Shown here one piece after another: positions 58,647 to 64,000 of a DNA stretch of 64,000 nucleotides. The notes beneath the pieces were generated by a model. The model worked only from the letters and a program-made list of their open reading frames with translations. It was not told where the DNA came from and ran no database searches. Position 1 is the stretch's first letter, and each line of letters opens with the position of its first letter. The DNA is from an uncultured Clostridia bacterium (lineage in GTDB: Bacteria > Bacillota > Clostridia > Christensenellales > UBA1242). Both the position numbers and the translations under genes were made by a program. The stretch covers positions 15,171-79,170 of the forward strand of contig CALWQM010000005.1 of NCBI GenBank assembly GCA_944383685.1, written 5' to 3'.

Positions 58647-58954
58647 TATCTATTCTTCAAAAGGTTTATAATTGACTCCTTAGTTATAGGTGAAGAGTGT
58701 TTGAGTAAGTCAATGATTTCTTTATCTTTATTATATTGATTTATATCATAGTAAAAAAATTCGGTTTCAGTCATTCCACAGGCAGAAATGATTTCAAGCA
58801 AAGCCGAAACGGAAGGCTCAAAACTATCATTCTTAGATTCAAGCCTTGAAATGTAGGCTTCATTTTTTCCAATTCTTAAACTTAAATCACGAGCAGATAA
58901 GCCCGCTTTATTTCTCGCTTGACCAATTCTAAAAACAACATCATTCTTATTCAT
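58646..58954 (-). CDS. XRE-family HTH regulator
   Basis: ARNKAGLSARDLSLRIGKNEAYISRLES...PSV..L..I; likely ATG 58954 after RBS gaggtg. Confidence 0.88.
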   Translation of the reverse strand: MNKNDVVFRIGQARNKAGLSARDLSLRIGKNEAYISRLESKNDSFEPSVSALLEIISACGMTETEFFYYDINQYNKDKEIIDLLKHSSPITKESIINLLKNR

Positions 58955-59118
58955 TTCAGCCACCTCGTATATAAAAAATTATAAATGATTATTCCAGATT
59001 AACCCCTTTTATATAACTTGTAAAAATTACATATCATGAAAGATTTATTGCATTTATAGGTGCATTCGCTTGCATATAAGTGCAAAATATGCTATTATTT
59101 TTACAAGTGAGGTGTAAT

Positions 59119-59976
59119 TTGAAAATAATTCTAAGCAGAAAAGGTGTTGATAGTGGAAATTGTAAGGCTTCAAACCTAGTGTTATTTAATAATCTTGGTC
59201 AAAGCGAAGTAATTATGATTCCTATTCCAAATGATGACGATAAAATAGCCTACAAAGATATAATTTTTTCAAGAAATTATGAAAGAGATTTATATACAAA
59301 AGGCTATCTAAAAAGTTTTAATATTGACATTTCTTCACACTGCCATTTAGACCCGAATCTGACAAACTATTATGAAGATTTAAAGTTCTTAGGCTCAGCG
59401 GGTCAAGTCGGCTCTTCACAAACGCATTTAGAAAATCAAAGAATAAAAGTTGGAGATATTTTTATATTTTTCGGCAGATTTGAGTTCCAAAAGATTTCAA
59501 CTGACAGCGTAGAAACTATAATGAAAGACAAACATGTTATGTTCGGCTATCTTCAAATAGGCGAAATTATATACCCAAACAAATTGACAAAGCAAGAAAG
59601 AGATTTCTATGAGAAAAAATACCCGTGGATTACGACTCAACCACACTGGAATTTTGAAAAGTATAAAGACATAGAAAACAACTGCATTTATGTAGCAAGA
59701 GATAAGTGTTCTTTTGATGAAAACATCAAGGGTTATGGAGTGTTTGAGTTTAATGAAAACTTAATTTTAACTAAAAAAGGAAAGTCTATATCTCAATGGA
59801 AACTACCTAGACCTTTAAGACGGTTAAATATAAGTTATCATGATAAATCAAACCGAAAGTGGACTTACTTTCAATCGGCTGTGCGTGGACAAGAGTTCGT
59901 TATTGAAGAAAAAAAGAAAGTGGAAAAATGGGCTGTAAACTTAATTAAAAACTATGTAAATAAAGGAGATATATAA
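59119..59976 (+). CDS. Nmad3 (nucleotide modification-associated domain 3) family protein
   Basis: KIILSRKG.DS, IPIP, HLDP.L, GQ...SQTHL, GD.FIFFG.F, H..FGYLQIGEI, W.LP, SYH, RGQEFV; TTG start with RBS gaggtg. Confidence 0.8.
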   Translation: MKIILSRKGVDSGNCKASNLVLFNNLGQSEVIMIPIPNDDDKIAYKDIIFSRNYERDLYTKGYLKSFNIDISSHCHLDPNLTNYYEDLKFLGSAGQVGSSQTHLENQRIKVGDIFIFFGRFEFQKISTDSVETIMKDKHVMFGYLQIGEIIYPNKLTKQERDFYEKKYPWITTQPHWNFEKYKDIENNCIYVARDKCSFDENIKGYGVFEFNENLILTKKGKSISQWKLPRPLRRLNISYHDKSNRKWTYFQSAVRGQEFVIEEKKKVEKWAVNLIKNYVNKGDI

Positions 59977-59977
59977 T

Positions 59978-60121
59978 ATGAAGTGTCCAAAATGTAAAAA
60001 TTATGCAGTGCAAGATTTAGGGAAATTGCAAAGAAGTTTTTTAGACAGACTATGTAATGCTACTGAGAAAGATAAACATACCTATCAATGCAAAAAATGT
60101 GGGCATGTGTGGGTGGAATAG
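59978..60121 (+). CDS. 47-aa zinc-ribbon protein (absent from the ORF track)
   Basis: MKCPKCKNYAVQDLGKLQRSFLDRLCNATEKDKHTYQCKKCGHVWVE; RBS aaggag inside the end of nmad3. Confidence 0.75.
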   Translation: MKCPKCKNYAVQDLGKLQRSFLDRLCNATEKDKHTYQCKKCGHVWVE

Positions 60122-60122
60122 T

Positions 60123-60413
60123 ATAAAAAAACGAACGGGACTTGCAATTGCAGGCGAAATTTTAGAAATAATCGTAGGCGTCAGTTGGCTTGGCTATGCA
60201 TTATTCACTTTGAGTATAGAAGAAAACGGATAAGTTATAGAAAAATATAATCAAAATGTTCAAGCGGTTAACGAACAACCACAAACAAAAAATGAGTATA
60301 AGGAAGAAAAGGCTAACGAAACACAACCGCCACCAACAAGAGTTATGCCACCGCTTCCGCCAGAGATAAAGGCAAAACTCGAACAAGATAAAAAAGAAGA
60401 TAATACGCAATAA
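60123..60413 (+). pseudogene. Degraded small membrane protein gene
   Basis: ATA (former ATG?) KKRTGLAIAGEILEIIVGVSWLGYALFTLSIEENG, in-frame TAA at 60231-60233, then continues VIEKYN...PPLPPEIK...NTQ to TAA 60411-60413. Confidence 0.5.
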
Positions 60414-60455
60414 AAAGAAGAAATCTCCGTTATAGATTTATAAGGAGATTTTTTT

Positions 60456-60716
60456 ATGTTGTATTTATTTGATAAAAGCGGAAAAAGAATAGGTTATATA
60501 AGAGTTAACGGGCATGTTTCATTCTGTTTTGACAGTCAAGGCAGGCAGATAGGAAGAATGGCAGAAAGCGGAAACTATATTTTTCTATATAATGGAAGCG
60601 GAAATCTTATCGCAAGTTTTAATGGTAGACACACATACGACAGCCACAGCAACTTAATAGGAAAAGGCAACTTACTTTATAATATTCTATACCCTACACT
60701 TGCAAAAATACGCTGA
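60456..60716 (+). CDS. Small beta-repeat protein ((Y/F)D.xG..IG repeats, beta-flower-like)
   Basis: LFDKSGKRIG, CFDSQGRQIG, LYNGSGNLIA, TYDSHSNLIG; RBS aaggag. Confidence 0.7.
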   Translation: MLYLFDKSGKRIGYIRVNGHVSFCFDSQGRQIGRMAESGNYIFLYNGSGNLIASFNGRHTYDSHSNLIGKGNLLYNILYPTLAKIR

Positions 60717-60780
60717 CTTATATCTCAAAGGCTTTCAAATAGGCTTGGAAGCGGTAAAAAGCATTCTCTCGGTAAATTTA

Positions 60781-61497
60781 TTATTCTTCTACCCCATATA
60801 TCTCAATATAATCTTTAACCGCTTTTTTCACTGCATCTGTTTGTGTTTCGTCTTGCACTTTTTTAAAGATAGATCTAGCCATTTTTTGTAGTTCATAATA
60901 AACACTATCTTCATTTGTTTCACATTTATCGAAATATTTTTCCATATTTCCATTGTATAATGCTTGATATATTTTTTTATCATCTCTATTTCTTGAATTT
61001 TTAAAAGAAGCATTACGAAAATTCTCCAAAGACTCATCAAATTCTTTATTAGTTTTTTTAATTTTTTCAAACGCAGAACTTATACATGATAAACAACTTC
61101 TAAAATTAGAATCATTTAATAAATATTTTAATGCATAAATTTCATCTTCTTTCATTACTGGACAATTAGTAAAGTTAAAATCATTTTTTAATGAATTGAG
61201 AGTATCTAATATAAGCACTAATTCTTCATATTTATAATCTAATAATGATAAATCATTTTTATTATCAACGGGAAGTATTTTAAGAAATGGTATATTAAAT
61301 TTGATATTTTTCTTTTTTGATTCTATTCTACAAATATTCCAATAATTAAATATCGTTAAAAATGGCAAGTTATTACCTTCTTTTTCATAGTTCTGCAATG
61401 TTCTAGTTGAAACGCCAAGTAATTTAGCCATTTTTTCTTGTGATAATTTTGCATACAATCGGCAATGCTGTAAATATTCAGCCACATGGTCTTTCAT
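60781..61497 (-). CDS. XRE-family HTH repressor with helical C-terminal domain
   Basis: LSQEKMAKLLGVSTRTLQNYEK; divergent from xis/int. Confidence 0.8.
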   Translation of the reverse strand: MKDHVAEYLQHCRLYAKLSQEKMAKLLGVSTRTLQNYEKEGNNLPFLTIFNYWNICRIESKKKNIKFNIPFLKILPVDNKNDLSLLDYKYEELVLILDTLNSLKNDFNFTNCPVMKEDEIYALKYLLNDSNFRSCLSCISSAFEKIKKTNKEFDESLENFRNASFKNSRNRDDKKIYQALYNGNMEKYFDKCETNEDSVYYELQKMARSIFKKVQDETQTDAVKKAVKDYIEIYGVEE

Positions 61498-61510
61498 AAT
61501 TTCCTCTTTT

Positions 61511-61535
61511 AAACACGAATAAATACTTCGTGTTT
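61511..61535. promoter_or_regulatory. Inverted repeat, candidate repressor operator
   Basis: aaacacgaa-N7-ttcgtgttt between the minus-strand TATAAT (61540-61545) and the repressor RBS. Confidence 0.5.
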
Positions 61536-61707
61536 TTTTATTATAGCATATCTAAAACAATTTTCACACAATAATTCAGTAAAAAAATTGAATTATTGTT
61601 AAAAACATGACATTATATTAGCGTTGCAACATATATACGCCCTTTTTAGGGAAAATGGTTGGTTTTTCTATTTTGATAAGGCATGATAATTAAAGGAGGT
61701 GATGACT

Positions 61708-61902
61708 ATGTATAGGACTATCAGCGAAACGCTAGATATCATTAAGAGTTTAGATAAGAATACTTCTATAACTCTTTACTATCTTAGATGTCTATGTAAG
61801 ACTGGTCAGATTCAAGTGTTGAATGCTGGCGGGAAAATATTGATAAATTTAAATAGTCTAGGAGAGTTCTTGCAACTCGACTTAACTAAAAATATAATTT
61901 AA
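61708..61902 (+). CDS. Excisionase-like winged-HTH protein
   Basis: RTISE....K..D..TSIT.YYLR.LCKTGQI....AG.KILINL; RBS aaggaggt; upstream of int. Confidence 0.7.
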   Translation: MYRTISETLDIIKSLDKNTSITLYYLRCLCKTGQIQVLNAGGKILINLNSLGEFLQLDLTKNII

Positions 61903-61916
61903 AAGGAGATTTATAA

Positions 61917-62267
61917 ATGGAAGTATTAGATAAAATTGTAGAGAAGTTAGATTTATCTCATTATTATTCATACAATGGGTTTTACGAGATAGGTATATCT
62001 GACACTCTGGAATTGCATATTTTATGTAGAAATTCTATGACTGGAAAAAATAAATATCATAGAAAAAGTATTTCTAATGATAAAAGATTAAAGGGAGAAG
62101 AATTTAATGAGTGGCTACGAAAAGAACTCTATAAATTCATCAAGTTGAAAACACAGGGAATTTACTATTTCGTTCCTTATGAAGTAAAGGAGGCTGAAAA
62201 TGGCGACGATATACAAGAGAGTATTGAAAAACGGAAAAGTCAATTATGGCATTCAAATCAAGGTTAA
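61917..62267 (+). CDS. Hypothetical protein in the xis-int operon
   Basis: RBS aaggag; overlaps the int start. Confidence 0.6.
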   Translation: MEVLDKIVEKLDLSHYYSYNGFYEIGISDTLELHILCRNSMTGKNKYHRKSISNDKRLKGEEFNEWLRKELYKFIKLKTQGIYYFVPYEVKEAENGDDIQESIEKRKSQLWHSNQG

Positions 62268-63585
62268 AGGTGCGGACGGACGGTCAAAGTTTGTTTGCAC
62301 CACTTGGAAGAACGAGAATAATCTTTCGGGTGTGCGTGCTGAAAAGGCTGCCAATGCATTCGCTGAGCAATGGGAAAAGGAGTATCGTGAAGGTCATATT
62401 CACGAACTCTCTATGGCTACCTTTGAGCAGGTTGCGAATGTTTGGCTGAACACTAGAAAATACAACATGTCAGATAACTATTATCTGCGTGCTATTGAGT
62501 GCATAAAGAGAATGTCAAACTTTTTTGGAAATAAAAGGTTTGTCGATTTGAAGGCTTTTGATATTCAACAGTTTTTTGTAAATATGAATGAGAGTCTTTA
62601 TAAGGTTTCAAGGGCTAAAATCAAGCCGAATAAAGCGGTCGAATTTGACGAGTTAGTAAAAGCCTATGGAGTTAAGAAAGCGAGCCGAGAAAGTGGTTTC
62701 AACCGTCCTACACTTTACTATGCACGAAAGGGAGAAATGATTGAGTTAAACTCTGCGAAACTTATCTGCGAGTTCTTTAATCTTAACACCTTTGAGTATT
62801 TTGAAAAGATTACAATTGAAAAGCACTATCGTAAAGAAACGATAATGAAATACAAGCGAGTTTTAAGCACGATTTATAACTACGCTATGTCTATTGAACT
62901 TGTAAATCGAAACTATGCCACGAGTGCCTACCTTAATAATGTTATAGGTGGCGAGCCGTCCAAAGAGATAGAAATTTTAACCGCCGAAGAGTTTGATAAC
63001 TTTATGAAAGCCTTAGATAGAGAAAAAGATGTTTGGAAAATCATTCCGCTTTATATCTTGGCGACCACTGGAATAAGAACTTGTGAATTATGCGGACTTG
63101 AATGGCAAGATATAGACCTTGAAAATCGCTTGATAAAAATAAGAAGAAACCGTCTTTATATCAATAATAAGGGAGTTATTACGAAAGAGTTAAAGACGAA
63201 GTATTCTAAACGAACCTTGCATATCTGCAATAGGCTTTGTGATAAACTTGTGCAGTTTAAAGAGTTGTATGATATGTTAAAGGAAAACGATAAAAAGTTT
63301 GATAAGTGTGGTGCTATCTTTTGTAATACGGACGGCACTCCACGCTTTCCGCACTATCTAAATAAACTGCTCAAAACTTATCTTATGAAAGCGGGCTGTA
63401 AAAAGGTGTCGTGTCATAAGATAAGGCACACATGGATAACAAGAATGGTTAGTCAAGGCGTGCCTGTGAATGTTGTTTCGAAACTTGCGGGACACGCTAA
63501 TAGTGATATAACACTCAAAATTTACACGCACTATTGCCAAGATATAGATAATTCAATAGATGCAATGGAAAAAATCTTTGCATAA
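62200..63585 (+). CDS. Tyrosine recombinase/integrase
   Basis: Intact catalytic residues: TGIRTCEL (R), LKT (K), HKIRH, LAGH, IYTH (Y); N-terminal arm-binding-like region; RBS aaggagg. Confidence 0.95.
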   Translation: MATIYKRVLKNGKVNYGIQIKVKGADGRSKFVCTTWKNENNLSGVRAEKAANAFAEQWEKEYREGHIHELSMATFEQVANVWLNTRKYNMSDNYYLRAIECIKRMSNFFGNKRFVDLKAFDIQQFFVNMNESLYKVSRAKIKPNKAVEFDELVKAYGVKKASRESGFNRPTLYYARKGEMIELNSAKLICEFFNLNTFEYFEKITIEKHYRKETIMKYKRVLSTIYNYAMSIELVNRNYATSAYLNNVIGGEPSKEIEILTAEEFDNFMKALDREKDVWKIIPLYILATTGIRTCELCGLEWQDIDLENRLIKIRRNRLYINNKGVITKELKTKYSKRTLHICNRLCDKLVQFKELYDMLKENDKKFDKCGAIFCNTDGTPRFPHYLNKLLKTYLMKAGCKKVSCHKIRHTWITRMVSQGVPVNVVSKLAGHANSDITLKIYTHYCQDIDNSIDAMEKIFA

Positions 63586-63587
63586 AA

Positions 63588-63613
63588 AATGGTAGGTCTA
63601 AAAGCCTACCATT
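63588..63613. terminator. Hairpin between convergent int and cargo gene
   Basis: aatggtagg-N8-cctaccatt. Confidence 0.65.
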
Positions 63614-63624
63614 GATAATTGATT

Positions 63625-63999
63625 TTAATCTTCTGACCTTGTATTTTTAATTATGTATGATTTATATTTTTCCCCATCTTTAAATTCTTGATCATTAGTG
63701 TCATATAATTTAAAGTCATCATTATGTGACTCTTTAAATTTAGCAAATTCGTTTGTCCTTATATAATCTCTGAAAAGTGGCCATTCCATTATATCTTTAG
63801 CGCATATATAGTCTGATTTTTCCTTAATACCAATATAAATTGATTCTATCTGGTCATTAATATTTGTATAATTATCACTTATTAGGGACTTAGCAACTTT
63901 AAATATAGGGCTTAAGTTTTGGACATTAAATCTAGAAAGATGTTGCTTTAACTCATCCTTTTCTCCAAGAGCTTTCAAACAACACATGTAATTTACATC
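63625..63999 (-). CDS. Hypothetical protein, C-terminal part only (5'-partial)
   Basis: Frame stays open to the window edge (DVNY-MCC...); C-terminal EWPLF motif. Confidence 0.7.
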   Translation of the reverse strand, partial: DVNYMCCLKALGEKDELKQHLSRFNVQNLSPIFKVAKSLISDNYTNINDQIESIYIGIKEKSDYICAKDIMEWPLFRDYIRTNEFAKFKESHNDDFKLYDTNDQEFKDGEKYKSYIIKNTRSED

Positions 64000-64000
64000 A

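Larger units (their letters stand above)
56258..64000. mobile_element. tRNA-Arg-targeting integrative element (HUH-Rep, Xis, tyrosine integrase); right end outside the window
   Basis: att fragment at the left edge, Rep, xis/int, XRE regulators, and visibly more CG dinucleotides than the host genes. Confidence 0.85.

Noticed and set aside
56674-63585. Filamentous prophage (inovirus) interpretation of the element
   Set aside because: No Zot/pI-like ATPase or run of small coat-protein genes in the window
1-64000. CRISPR array or diversity-generating retroelement
   Set aside because: No regularly spaced identical repeats seen, no cas or reverse transcriptase gene, and the duplicated segments of the giant gene do not show adenine-only differences
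1-64000. Alternative genetic code (UGA read-through as in Mollicutes)
   Set aside because: Trp is TGG throughout the Trp-rich giant ORF, and TGA terminates genes at expected ends (e.g. 38224, 47494, 51205)

Overview
Low-GC Firmicutes (Clostridia-like) chromosomal window, standard genetic code, with four parts. (1) 1-29152: the C-terminal 29 kb of one giant, membrane-anchored surface protein gene. The frame is open from the first bases of the window, so the protein is over 9,700 aa. It is built from Listeria/Bacteroides (InlB B-repeat/Flg_new-like) and MucBP-like Ig-fold modules. (2) 29.3-46.3 kb: housekeeping genes plus a dense glycerol/lipid neighbourhood (glpK, a G3P-dehydrogenase-type triad, lysophospholipase, YhhN lysoplasmalogenase, DegV and three YwaF/TMEM164-like membrane proteins). 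(3) 46.4-56.0 kb: mscS-dinB, a C69 peptidase, a frameshifted glycerate kinase, a Ku/LigD NHEJ operon with split LigD, a truncated surface-protein remnant and phosphatidylserine decarboxylase. (4) 56258 to the end: an integrative element bounded by a duplicated 3' half of tRNA-Arg(ACG). It encodes an HUH rolling-circle Rep, Xis, a tyrosine integrase with an inserted HTH, two XRE regulators and defence-like cargo (Nmad3, an Abi/HEPN-like protein). All family assignments come from motif recognition by eye, not database searches.
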